From NCBI RefSeq assembly GCF_018350175.1, contig NC_058368.1, positions 98,520,001 through 98,584,000 of the forward strand: a stretch of 64,000 nucleotides of DNA, written 5' to 3'. Within the stretch, counting starts at the first letter, position 1. Every line of letters starts with the position of its first letter. This document shows positions 50,457 through 62,944 of this stretch, piece after piece. The position numbers were made by a program, and so were the translations under genes. This stretch comes from Felis catus. Lineage: Eukaryota. The notes under the pieces are model-generated. The model saw only the letters and a program-made list of their open reading frames with translations, made no database searches and was not told where the DNA came from.

Positions 50457-52580
50457 TGAAGATATTTTAAAATAAATATAATAAATACCCTAAATAACTT
50501 AGAGTGTGTTCAATGCATATAAAATGTAAACTCCCCCAGTTGCTATATTAATTAGAAATCTGCATCCATTTATAAAGCAGGTTTTCTGGAGGCCACTCAT
50601 AACCAACAACTTGAGTATATAATCTGTATGTGAGTATTGCTCCTTAAACACCCTCTGCTTTTTTCCCCCCGACCTTGAAACAGGACTTAGCTTTTCATCA
50701 TGGCACTCTGCACTTGAATCCACTACCAAGTCATTAGTGAGCTGTGTGAATTTTCCCAAAATGTGTGTTTCATGTTCAAGGAAGGAGAAGAAGATTTAAA
50801 CTGAACTCCAAATGGAAAATACCTTAATAAAAATATCTCCTTTGACATGTTAATCATCCCATAAAGTCCTTCTTTGGCTGTCCCTTCTTTATCTCAACTT
50901 GTCCTTCCACAAGTCTAAACTTGTTTCTCCATGCCTATTTACTTATACAGAATTTCTTGTTGATGTCATAGATTTACCCATGGTAAGTGCCAACTAACAC
51001 ACATCCCTGGACATACAGTTTCCAAGTAACTTTATTAATGACTTTAACTCAATAAAATGTCTGGCATTTTGTTGCCTGTACACAAGAAACATTTTGTTTA
51101 TATCTAGATACTTATAATTAGATAAATGAATATTGTGAAACACTGACTTCATTAATAGAATAGTTAACATGAACATAGTACATAAACTTTGCAATTTAAA
51201 TCAACAACTATTTTTGGCACAGTGTGTTGGATATCATGGTAGATTCTAGATATAACCAAATACGAAAGTCATTGTCCTTGTATGTAAGAAATTCACAATC
51301 CATTTCTTTTACAAATATAATGGAAACTAACATTCATTCAACTCTGTAAGGAAACTAAGGATAAGTGAGAAAATTAAGCCTCAAGATAATCATCTAGTGA
51401 CTGAATTTGCTCTCATTTTTTCTAATAATAAGTGATTTTTTCTTTGACCAGTGAGTCCCACTGATTATAAAACTTGCATACAGTATGTCTCTTAAGTTTC
51501 ATAGAAGCCCATTCACAGATTCAAAAACATTTACTCAGTATACTTTGTATAGATAATATTAGCATCCATATCTGCCAGCATTCTTATTTATATAAAACAG
51601 AATCCAGTATAGCCAATTTGGTCGTGAAGGAATTGGTCACAGGGCAGTCAACATTGTGAGTTCTTTCCTGTTACAGTGAGAGGGGCTGGTTTCATTTTGA
51701 TGCCTTGCAGTGTTTGTAGACCCACATAATCTGGTTTGGGCAAAGAAGGAAATAGAACTATTTATTAATTGCTGACTCAGAGTATATACTGCCTCCTGAA
51801 GGATGGATTCCAAAGCATTTTAAGATCTATCTCTTAGCAAGTACTGTAATTGCCTTTATTATCCTTTTCTAGTGGTCTATAATTCATGTGGTTTCTAAGT
51901 GATAAGAAAGCCTCATTGCCTTACTTCTTTTATAAGAATATTAATTTCTTGATCAGAAGAAAGATTAGGTGGAATAACATCGTGGTAAGATATTTCATAA
52001 GAATATAGATATTGCTGCTTTTAGATGTGTGATGAACAGAGATGTCAAAATTATATACAAAAATGTGCTTATTCCAATAAGAACAAATTTACCTCTATGA
52101 GTAAATACTTTATCTGCCATCAGGTGATTTCTCAGTAATTTAGCCATATGGAAGGTTAGACATTGCTGACATTCAATTGGTCAAAATTGTTGGAAAAAAG
52201 TCATCTTTGGTGATAGCCAGCCTGTGTTTTTGCATCTATGTGTCTTCTACCAGAGGCACTTTTTTAGTGATGTTTAAGCAAATTTTGGAGTGGCTGGGGG
52301 GAAAGGCTGACTGATATCCATATAGTAGTATATTTTGTCAACTTAATTATTAAGTGCATATTCAGCAGCTGGGTGAGTCCTCACTTAGAACAAAATTACT
52401 CCTAGACTGGACTCCTTCCAAGAGGAAAACTTTCCAAATTTTACCATCTCTGCTCTTTACTCAGCCTTCCCAGTCCCTGACCATCCTGAAAAAACAAAAA
52501 CAAACAAACAAAAAAAAAACCAGTGAAGTGATTCTCTTAAATTTAAATGTCAACCATACTTTAAAATAGATTTCCTTCCA

Positions 52581-52805
52581 GTGCCTGGGCGGCTCAGTCA
52601 GTTAAGTGACCGACTTCGGCTCAGGTCATGATCTTGTGGTCTGTGGGTTCGATCCCCACATCAGGCTCTGTACTGACAGCTCAGAGCCTGGAGCCTGCTT
52701 CAGATTCTTTGTCTCCCTCTGTCTCTGCCCCTCCACTGCTCATGCTCTCTCTCTCTCTCCAAAATAAATAAACATTAAAAAAAAAATAAGTATTAAAAAA
52801 AAAAA
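52581..52805 (+). mobile_element. Can-SINE
   Basis: Canonical body and tail. Confidence 0.94.
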
Positions 52806-53499
52806 GTATTTTCTCCCTACAAGGAAGTTTTCTCTGCTTTGGGTCCTTCAAGGCTATGCCAAGGTGGGGCTGGACATCTTAAGAGTCCACTTTGAGCAAG
52901 GGAAGCCTTACTGTATAAAGCCATTTCCAGGCTAGGTTTGTTTGTTTTTTTCTCCTCATTAGACTAGAAAACTCCATATGAAGCTAAAGTTGTCTGAGGA
53001 AGGATGAACAATATGGCAGGAACACACTGAGGATGTGAGCCATCTGCTTTAGAGCTTGGTCACTCATGGCTATCCCACATCAACCACTTCAAATGATATG
53101 GAGTGATCTGGTCATGTCGGAATTTATGGCTTGCTGTACCCGAAAACACCCAGTTCATGATGGGCAGTTGAGGTCACGTGGTTACCTGGTATCTCGTAAC
53201 AGGGCAGTTCGTCTCAACTATAGCCCAAGATCACATTGTAAGCCAAAAAAGACTCTACTGCGATTCATCTAGTGCAATTTTCCCATCATCCCTTTCATGT
53301 ACAGACACTTCAAACACCGTTCAATGTGCTTGATTAAAAAGGCCAAATGGTGATGCTGCTTATACCACAGACTGCCGGTAATGAAAACTGAGAGCACTTT
53401 GCTTCCTGCAGATAAGTACTGCTGTTTATGATATTCAGACACATAGAAATTGAGATAGCTTGTCAACAACAGACTGTATTAAAGAAAGTAGTGAAGATG

Positions 53500-54059
53500 T
53501 ATTTAGCAAATGAGAAAAATAGCAAAGGAGAAAGAACACTAATGAACAAAGAAATTGGTACGTGTCTGGGAACATGTGTGTTATCAATATTATTATCTAA
53601 TTTGGGAAGTTAAAAATACCAATAGTAACATTGTGGGCTATAATATATTAGCCCAAAAGAGAAGGTTGTTGAGAGATGAAGTGACCTCAACTGGTACTAA
53701 TGTAGAATAGAAAAAAAAAATTCTGATTAATCTTTGAATTACATAGGTGTGGTAAAAGTAGAATGGCAACCACTAAAATAATTGAAATGTATGCAACTTC
53801 CAAAAGATACAGGGAGAAAGGGAATTTAAAAAAAAATCAGTCTTGAAAAAGTAAAATAAGGGAAAAAAATGATAGAGGCAAAATAGGACAAAGAAAGCTC
53901 AAAACAAAAGAGAGAAATGAATTATGCAGATCTGTAATTGTAATGCATATGACAAATTCGTAGGTTAAAATTAGCACAGTGTTTGATAAAATTGATAAAA
54001 TCAGATTATGCTATATGTAGGAAATATAATTAAAGATAGGCACAGAAGGAATGAAGTTA
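53500..54059 (+). mobile_element. ancient L1 (inter-ORF and ORF2 endonuclease start), left part
   Basis: 'attatgctatatgtaggaaatataattaaagataggcacagaaggaatgaag' resembles ICCLQETHLK..DT..LK; continues after 61870. Confidence 0.6.
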
Positions 54060-55994
54060 CCATCATGGTAGTATAAAATGTCTCTTGGTTTTGTTCTGTT
54101 CCTCAACAACAAAAATTCAGCATCCATGGATAAACGTGTCTTTGAGGGAAGTGTGGGGTCCAGCATCATATACAAAGGGCATAAGAGGAGTCTTGCTCAT
54201 CTGTGCATCAGTAACCTGCAAATAGACCTTGATCCCAGCTGTGAACCCTGCAGTGGTTTGTGAAACCAGCTCCAGACCCTCTCAGCCATGATTCAGGAGG
54301 CCCTGGTGAACATTAACTTAGATGGTCATTCATGAACAAGAGAACCTTTGTAGGAGTCTGGGTTTCCAGAGAAGTTCTAGCATGTATTATGTGGATCCTT
54401 TGGAATGAGTAAGAAGAATGCCTTTATGTTACCCAACTCACTCTGCCTGCAAGGCAGCACAGCTTAGGGCCAAGAAAGACCTTCCTTGGCTCGTGATTTA
54501 TCCCATGGGGCAAAGGGAGAGTGTGTGAGTGAGCATCGAGCTTTCTGAACCGTGTGGGATGCTGCCAGAATGGCTGATTTCCCTTTCACACCATCCAGAG
54601 TACTGAGCCATAAGCTGCATGACTGAGGGACAGGAGAAGGCAGGGAAAATGGTAGATAGAACTCCTGAAGAACATTAAAGAGATGTGATTTCTAACTGTA
54701 GTGTAGATTCCATCAAGAAGCCCACCCACACACTCCAGGAAATGCCTCACCCATGATCCCTTCAGCTGGCCTATGGGCACACCCAGTGCTCTGAATGCCT
54801 CACCCACATCTACACTTCACCCTATGGCCACCTCTCCATGTGCAATCCCCACAGTGGCAAAAGTTGGCTTCAGCAGATAGCTAGTGAGCATACACAGAAA
54901 TTTGGCCACATCTGCAGACCAGAAAGAGACCACAAATTTCAGCCTTGGTACCACATTTAAAAAAAAAAAAAAAGAGGCTGTCAGCACTTGGCCTGGTGCA
55001 CTGCAGTGTCCAAAGTACGCCTACAAGGCTAAGATTTCTGCCATAACAGGGAGCAAGAAGTATGAGGCAGGTGTACCTACAGAAGATCTGAGAGAGCCTC
55101 AGAGTATCAATGCTGTTGTAAGGTTTTTCTCTCTGGAAAGCAGTAAAGAACTGGAGGAGGTTACTGCTACTTCAAAGAACATTGAAATTCAAGGTACTAT
55201 GACACCACCAAGAATTTCAACAATCTTCTGGTAATTGAGACCCAAGACATGAAGAGCTGTGATTTACCAGATAAAGCAATCAAAATAGCAATTTTAAAGA
55301 AACTTAGTGGTCTATAAGAAAACACACAAAGATAATTCAATGAATTTGAGAAGAATATGTGAACAAAATGAAAAGTTTAACAAAAAGATAAATACAGAAA
55401 AGAACCAATAGGAATTCTGGAGCTGAAAAATATAATTAATGAAATGAAAAGTTCAGATATGTGACATAGAGACAAGAACTTGGACATAATTTCATCAGAT
55501 GATAACAAGGAGAAAAAGATGAAAAAGAATGAAGAAAGCCTATATGATCAATTGGATATCCTCAAAAGGTCAATTTATGAATTACTGACGATCCCGATGG
55601 AGAAGATAGGGAGAAGGGGGCAGAAAACTTATTTAAGGAAATAATGGCTGGGAAGTTGCCAAATCTGGAAAGAGATGTAATTTTCCAAGTTCATGAAGCC
55701 CATAGGTCACCAAACAAAATAAAGTCAAAGAAATATTTTTTCAAGACATATTCTCATAAGCCCATCAACAATTAAAGACAAAGGATCTTAAAAGAAAAAG
55801 AGGTTAAAAAAAACTTGTCAATTACAGTGGAACCTGCATACGGTTCTTGGTAGATTTTTCAGCAGGAAACTCACAGGCCAGAGAAAGAAGAATGATACAT
55901 TCAAAGTGCTGAAAGAAAAAAAATATGTCAACCAAAAACATTCCATCTGGAAAACTTATCCTTCAGAACTTAAAGAGAAATAAGGTTTTTTTCT

Positions 55995-56118
55995 GGGGCA
56001 GTTGGGTGGCTTAGTTGGTTAAGTATCTGACTCTTCGTTTCAACTCAGGTCTTGATCTCACAGCTCTTGGAATTGAGACCTGCATGGGGATCTGCACTCA
56101 CAGTGTGGAACCTGCTTG

Positions 56119-56200
<82 letters not shown>

Positions 56201-56285
56201 TTCTCTCTTTCTCTCTTTCTCTCTCTGCCTCTCCCCAACTTGGGTGCTCTCTCTCTCAAAATAAATAAATAAAAACTTAAAAAAG
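55995..56285 (+). mobile_element. Can-SINE nested in L1 ORF1
   Basis: Long (CT)/(CTTT) tract; TSD agagaaataag...ttttc. Confidence 0.94.
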
Positions 56286-57017
56286 AGAGAGAAATAAGAC
56301 TTTTTCAGATAAACAAAAGCTGAGGGAGTTCACTATTAGATGTGCCTTAACAAAAACACTGAAACAAGTTCTTCAAGCCGAAATGAAAGGGTGCTTATTA
56401 ACAAAATGTAGATATGTAAGACTTTAACACACAATAGTAAAGGTAAATATATCATCAAATTCAGAATATTCTAATACTGTAATATGGTGATGTGTTTAGC
56501 CACTAAGCTACAGTATAAATTAAAGTATAAGTGTACTAAAAATAATTAGAAGTACTATAATTTATTAATGAATAGATAGTATAAAAAGAGGTAAATTGTG
56601 GTATTAACATAAACAGGGGAACGGAAGCATATAGTTTTTCCATACTGTCACAATTAAGTTATCATCAGTGTAAAATAGACGGTTATATCTGTAAGGAGTT
56701 TTATGTAAGCCTCTTGGTAACCATAAAGCAAAACTTACAGTAGATGCTTGAAAGATAAGAGAAGGGAATCAAAGAATACCACACACAAAATCATCAATTC
56801 ACAAAGGCAGCAAGAATGAACAGCTAGAAAACAATAAATAAGATATTAATAAGTCTTTACTTATCAAGAATTACTCTAAATGTAAGTGGATTGAATTCTC
56901 CAATAAAAGAAAGAATAGCAAAATGGATTAAAAAAAATAAGACCCAGCTATATGTTGCCAATAAGATTCACTTCAGCTTTAAAGACATATTTTGTGTTTA
57001 TGTTATGTGTATAACAT

Positions 57018-57417
57018 ATGCTTCACTGACTGAGCCACTGAGGCGCCCCTCACCTTTATTTCTTTTTCTTTCCTGATTGTTCTGGTTAGTACTGCAGTAC
57101 TATGTTGAATAGCGGTGATAGTTGGCACTTTTGTCTTATTTCTGATCTTAGAGAAAAAGCGTTCAATCTTTCATGGCTGGGCATAATGTTAGCTGTGGGT
57201 TTGTTGTATGTGACCTTTATCATATTGAGTTATATTCCTTCTGTAACCAATTTGATGATGCTTTATCATGAAAGTATGTTGTATTTTAGCAAATACTTTT
57301 GCTACATTTATTGAGTAATTGTATGATTTTTGCCTGTCATTCTATTGATGTGGCATATCACATTTATTGGTTTGTGTATGTTTGAACCATCCTCATATCC
57401 CAAGGGTAAATCCCAGT
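57018..57417 (-). repeat. inverted duplicate of 59448-59847 (L1 RT segment plus SINE head)
   Basis: Manual alignment 396/400 identical; twin ORFs 57102-57314(+) and 59551-59763(-) differ by one residue. Confidence 0.97.
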
Positions 57418-57914
57418 GAAGGGATGGAAAGATATTCCATGTAAGTGGAAACCAAAAGTGATCAGGTGTACCTATAATTATATTAGACAAAATAGACTCT
57501 CAGCCAAATACAGCAACCAGAGACAAAGAAGGTCACTATATAATGATAAAATGATCAATTCATCAAGAAGACATAACAATCACAAATATATGTGCACCCA
57601 ACACTGAAGCACCTAAATGTATTAAGCAAATAGTAACAGATCTGAAGGTAGAAAAACAATAATAGTAGAGGTCTTCATATCCCACTTTTAACAATGGATA
57701 GATAAACCAGACAGAAAATCAACAAGGAAACATAGGACTAGAAGCATACTTTAGACCAAATGGACTCAACATACCTAAACAGAACATTCCACCCAACAGC
57801 AGCAGGATACATATTCTTCTAAAGAACACACAGAACATTCTCAAGGACAGATCATATGTTAGGTCAGAAGCCAAGTCATAGCAAATTTAGGAAGATTAAA
57901 ATCATACCAAATCT

Positions 57915-58138
57915 TTTTTTAAATCTTTTTTTAAATGTTGATTTATTTTCGAGAGAGCAAGAGAGTCAAAGTATGACTGGGGAAGGGGCAGAGAGAGAGG
58001 GAGACACAGAATCCAAAGTAGGCTCTAGGCCCTGAGCTGTTAGCACAGAACCCAATGCTGGGATCAAACTCATGAGCTGTGAGATCATGACCTGAGCTGA
58101 AGTCAGACCCTTAACCAACTGAGCCACCCAGGTGCCCC
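57915..58138 (-). mobile_element. Can-SINE nested in L1 ORF2
   Basis: Canonical; TSD accaaatMtttt. Confidence 0.94.
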
Positions 58139-59079
58139 TAAACCAAATATTTTCTGATAATAATAGTATGAATCTAGAAATCAATAATAAGAGAAAAATC
58201 TGGATGACTCACAAATATGTGGAAATTATGCAGCACACTCCTGAATAACCAGTAGGCGAAAGAAGAAACAAACCAACAAACAAAAATTGAAACAAACAGA
58301 AGTGGAAACACAGCATAAAAAAAACTGTCAAAGCAGTTCTTAGAACAAAGTTTACAGTGATAAATTCATACATCAAGAAACAAAAAAGGTATTTAAACAA
58401 CATAACTGTACACCTCAAGGAACTAGAAAAACAAACTGAGGCCAAACTTCACAGGAAAAAAAAAAAAGGTATTACAAAGATCAGAGCAGAAATAAATGAA
58501 ATAGATGCCAGAAAAATAATAGAAAATATCAGTGAAACTAAGAGCTTGTGTTTCCAAAAGATGAAATTGGCAAACTTTTAACTAGACCAAGACAAAAAGA
58601 AAACTCAAAGAAATAAAATCTGAAATAAAAGAGGAGATATTCAACTGACCACAGAAATACATAGTGTCATAAAAGACTACTATGGACAATTATTTGTCAA
58701 AAAATTGGATAATCTAGAAAAATGAAGAAATTCTTAGGAACACACAATTTACCAAGACTGAATCAGGAAAAATTAAAAATCTGAACAGACCAATAATGAG
58801 GAAGGAGATTGTAACAGAAAAGCTTAGGGCCAGATGGTTTCACTACTGAACAATAATGAATATTTAAAGAAAAGTGATGCTAGTCCTTCTCAAGCTCTTC
58901 AAAAAATTGAATAAGAGGGAACATATCTGAACTCATTTTATAAGGCCAGTGTTACCCTGATGCCAAAACCAAATAAGGACATTACAAGATAAGAAAACTA
59001 CAGACCAAAACTCTGATAAATATACATGGAAATGTTAGCGAACCAAACTTAGCAAGTCATTAAAAGGGTCATATACTAT

Positions 59080-59427
59080 AATCACTAAATTCTACCCCTG
59101 AAACCATTATTTTTTTATAAATTTTTTTTTCAACGTTTATTTATTTTTGGGACAGAGAGAGACAGAGCATGAACGGGGGAGGGGCAGAGAGAGAGGGAGA
59201 CACAGAATCGGAAACAGGCTCCAGGCTCTGAGCCATCAGCCCAGAGCCCGACGCGGGGCTCGAACTCACGGACCGCGAGATCGTGACCTGGCTGAAGTCG
59301 GACGCTTAACCGACTGCGCCACCCAGGCGCCCCTCTACCCCTGAAACCATTATTACACTACATATTAACTAACTTGATTTTAAATAAAATAAATAATAAA
59401 TAAATAATAAAATAAAAAAATAATAAT
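59080..59427 (+). mobile_element. very short 5'-truncated carnivore L1 3' stub plus poly-A, itself interrupted by a SINE
   Basis: 'aatcactaaattcta...acactacatattaactaacttga' matches the L1 end at 19446-19500; TSD agggtcatatactataatca/agagtcatataccataatca. Confidence 0.88.
59112..59333 (-). mobile_element. very young SINEC_Fc-type SINE
   Basis: CpGs intact; perfect 21-bp TSD tctacccctgaaaccattatt at 59091-59111 and 59334-59354. Confidence 0.98.
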
Positions 59428-59815
59428 AGAGTCATATACCATAATCAACTGGGATTTGTCCTTGGGATATGAGGATGGTTCAAACATACACAAACCAATA
59501 AATGTGATATGCCACATCAATAGAATGACAGGCAAAAATCATATAATTACTCAATAAATGTAGCAAAAGTATTTGCTAAAATACAACATACTTTCATGAT
59601 AAAGCATCATCAAATTGGTTACAGAAGGAATATAACTCAATATGATAAAGGTCACATACAACAAACCCACAGCTAACGTTATGCCCAGCCATGAAAGATT
59701 GAACGCTTTTTCTCTAAGATCAGAAATAAGACAAAAGTGCCAACTATCACCGCTATTCAACATAGTACTGCAGTACTAACCAGAACAATCAGGAAAGAAA
59801 AAGAAATAAAGGTGA

Positions 59816-60022
59816 GGGGCGCCTCAGTGGCTCAGTCAGTGAAGCATCCTGCTTTAGCTTAGGTCATGATCTCACAGTTCATGGGTTCGAGCCCTGCATT
59901 GGGCTCTGTGCTGATAGCTCAGAGCCTGGAGCCTGCTTTGGATTCTGTGTGTCCTTCTCGCTCTACCCCTCTCCCACTTGTGCTCTCTCTCTCTCAAAAA
60001 TAAATAAACATTAAAAAATTAA
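59816..60022 (+). mobile_element. Can-SINE nested in L1 ORF2
   Basis: Canonical; TSD aaaaRgaaataaaRgt. Confidence 0.95.
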
Positions 60023-61675
60023 GAAAAGGAAATAAAAGTCATCCAAATTTGAAATAAAAGAGAAAAAGTCTATTTGCAGATGACATGATATTATGTATAG
60101 GAAAGTCTAAAGAGTCTACCAAAAAACTCAGAACCAATGAACAAATTCAGTGATGTTCAAGATATAAAAGCAACGTACAGAAGTCATTTGTGTCTAAACA
60201 CTAATAAGAATGTCTAAAACAGTAATAGAGGAAATCATTCCACTTACAACTGCATCAAAAACAATAAAATATTTATAATTAAATTTAACCAAACAATTGA
60301 AAGATTTATACATTAAAAACTACAAGACCATGATGGAAGAAATTTAAGTAGACTCAAAAAAAAAAGAAGAAAGATATTCTGTGTTCATGGAATGCAAGAA
60401 TTAATATTGTATTAATACATTGCATTAATATTGCAAAAATTTCCATTCTACCCAATTCAGGTATAAATTCAGTGCCATCTCTAACAAAATTTCAATGGTA
60501 CTTTCTAAAAAAAGTGAAAAATCAAGTTTAAAATTTGTATAAAACCACACAAGAACCAGACTAACCAAAGCAAAGCTGAGGAAGAAGAATAAAGCTAGGA
60601 GTATCGTGCTTCCTAATTTCAAAAATAAATAATTCGATTCTGTCAAACTAAAAGGCTACTGAACAGCAAGGAAACCATAAAATTAAAAAGAAGCCTATGG
60701 TACAGGAAAAGATATTTGCAAACCACATATCTGATAAGATGTTATTATCTAAAATATATAAAGAACTTCTGCAACTCAATAGCAAAAAAAAAAAAAAAAA
60801 AAACACAAAAACAAAAAAACCCCAAACATTTCAATTAAAAAATGGGCAGAGGAAGTGAATAGATAGTTTTCCAAAGAAGATGTTTAAATGGCCAACAGGT
60901 AAACAAAAAGGTGTTCGGCATCATTAATTACCAGGCAATTAATTGCAAGTCAAAACCACAATGAGAGTTCACCTCACACCTGTTAGAATGGTTATTATTA
61001 AAAAGACAAAGTGCTGGTGAGGATATGGACAAAAGGGAATGCCCTATTGTAGGTACCTTGTTGATGGAAATGTAAATTGGGTACAGCCACTATGGGAAAC
61101 GGCATGGAATTTGCTAAAAAAAAAAAAAAATGGCAAATAAACTGCATTATGATCCAGCAATCCTACTCCTGGGCATATATGCAAAAGAAATGAAAACAAT
61201 ATCTTGATATATCTGCATTCTGGTGTTCACTGAAGCTTTATTCATAATACCTAAGATATGCAAACAACTTGAAAGTCTGTCAACAGATGAATGGATAAAG
61301 AAGGGGTGTGGGCGTGTGTGTGTGTGTGTGTGTGTACAATGGAATATTATTCAGCCATGAGAAGGAAGGAAATGTTTCCATTTGCACCGCCATAGGTGGA
61401 CCTTGAGAGCTTTATGCTAAGTGAAATACGTCAGACAGTAAAAGACAAATACTGCATGTCATTTATGTATGGAATCTAAGAAAGCTGAATTCATAGATGT
61501 AGAGTAGAATGGTGTTGAAGGGTGAGGGAAATCAGAAAATGTTGGCCAGAGGGTACAGACTTTGAGTTATTAAGACAAAAAATTGTAGGGATCTAATGTG
61601 TACGAGGGTGATTGTGGTTAATTATGCTGTATTATATACTGGAAAGTTGCTAAGAGAGTAACTTAAATGTTCCCA

Positions 61676-61677
<2 letters not shown>

Positions 61678-61717
<40 letters not shown>
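61678..61717. repeat. (CA)n in L1 3'UTR
   Basis: Directly visible. Confidence 0.95.
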
Positions 61718-61722
<5 letters not shown>

Positions 61723-61869
61723 ATTCTGTGATTTGATGGAGTAGTTAATGTCATGGTAGTAATCATTTTGCCATATATGGGTGTATCATATCAATATGTC
61801 CTACACCTAAAACTTACAAATGTTTTATGTCACTTATATCTGAATAAAGTCGGGGAAAAAGCATACATA

Positions 61870-62329
61870 AAGAATAAAAATAAAGAATAGAAAAGAATAC
61901 ACTAGGTAAATACTGACTAAAAGAATGCTAGGGAGTGCTTGGGGGGCTCAGTCAGTTAAGCATCCAACGTCTGCTCTGGTCATGATCTCATGGGTCGTGA
62001 GTTTGAGCCCTGCTTTGAGTGAGTTTGACCCCATTTCTGGTGAGCTCCAACCCTGCAGCTCCAACCCTGCTTCAGGCTCCGCACTGTCAGTGCAGAGACT
62101 GTGTGAGATTCTCTTTCTTTTTCCCTCTCTCTCTGCCCCTCATGGGATTCTCTTTCTCTCTCCCTCTCTGGCCCTTCCTCTCTCTCCCTCTCTCTCTCCC
62201 CCGCCTCAAAAATAAAAAATAAACTTGAAAAAAAATAAGAAAGCTGGAATAGCTATTCTAGAACCAGACAAAATAAAATTTAGGCAAAAAAATTAATAGT
62301 AAATTTTTTCAGTAGACTTGATATATCTG

Positions 62330-62374
<45 letters not shown>

Positions 62375-62470
62375 CTACCGGTAGCAATTAGCAAATCCAC
62401 CATCAAAGGGGAACTATCAAGCAGGTTTGAAATTATGTAAAAAAGTAGTTATGAACAGTACAAGTGTGTG
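61870..62470 (+). mobile_element. ancient L1 ORF2 endonuclease, right part (interrupted by SINE and (CA)n at 62333-62373)
   Basis: Reads K.*KRIH*VNTD*K[SINE]KAGIAILEPDKIKFR, resembling L1 EN 'KGWKKIYHANTNQKKAGVAILISDKIDFK'. Confidence 0.7.
61931..62236 (+). mobile_element. Can-SINE with internal tandem duplications
   Basis: B-box-region unit repeated 3-4 times at 61997-62070; TSD aagaaWgct. Confidence 0.9.
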
Positions 62471-62944
62471 TATTTTTATACACATAACATAAATACAAAT
62501 AATGTCAAACTTGCATGGTGACATCATTTCCTTTGTAGCCTTTATCACTTCTGACTTTTTTGACTTCCAAGACAGAATGAAACTTGCTTGTCCTCTTGAC
62601 TGTTGTATGCCCAACTTCTAGCACTGTTCATCATACAATTGTTTTTGGATGACTGAGTACGTTCAGGTTGCCCTAGTTTACATCTTCAGGATGTCAGAGC
62701 AACTAGTCCAACAGACCTCCACTCGTGGCTCTGAAGATTTTTTTTTACTGCCTAAACCCTGGAGAACCAGCCATTTATATTCATAAATTTGATGTGTGTG
62801 CCTGTGACTTCATCTAACAATTAGTTATTACACTTTCTTTTCAAACTTACACATTACATTTTACTTAGTTGCCTATGTTCTCGCCTTAAGACTGCAACCA
62901 GTTTTTAAAATTCAGTATCATAGTCCACGTTTGAGCACATTATA

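Larger units (their letters stand above)
54060..61860 (+). mobile_element. near-full-length decayed L1 (L1MA9-like) with 5'UTR, ORF1, ORF2 and 3'UTR
   Basis: GC-richer 5'UTR (~54060-55150), ORF1-like 55200-56400, ORF2 EN 'LNSPIKERIAKWIKK' at 56891, RT region, 3'UTR 'gttgctaagagagta...atatctgaataaag'; many stops and insertions. Confidence 0.92.

Noticed and set aside
54884..55234. 116-aa ORF
   Set aside because: Lies in the L1 5'UTR/ORF1 junction, has a non-ATG start and includes a poly-A-derived Lys run.
57102..57314. Twin 70-aa hydrophobic ORFs (also 59551-59763) resembling a duplicated membrane peptide
   Set aside because: Antisense frame of the L1 RT region; the identity is explained by the inverted duplication.
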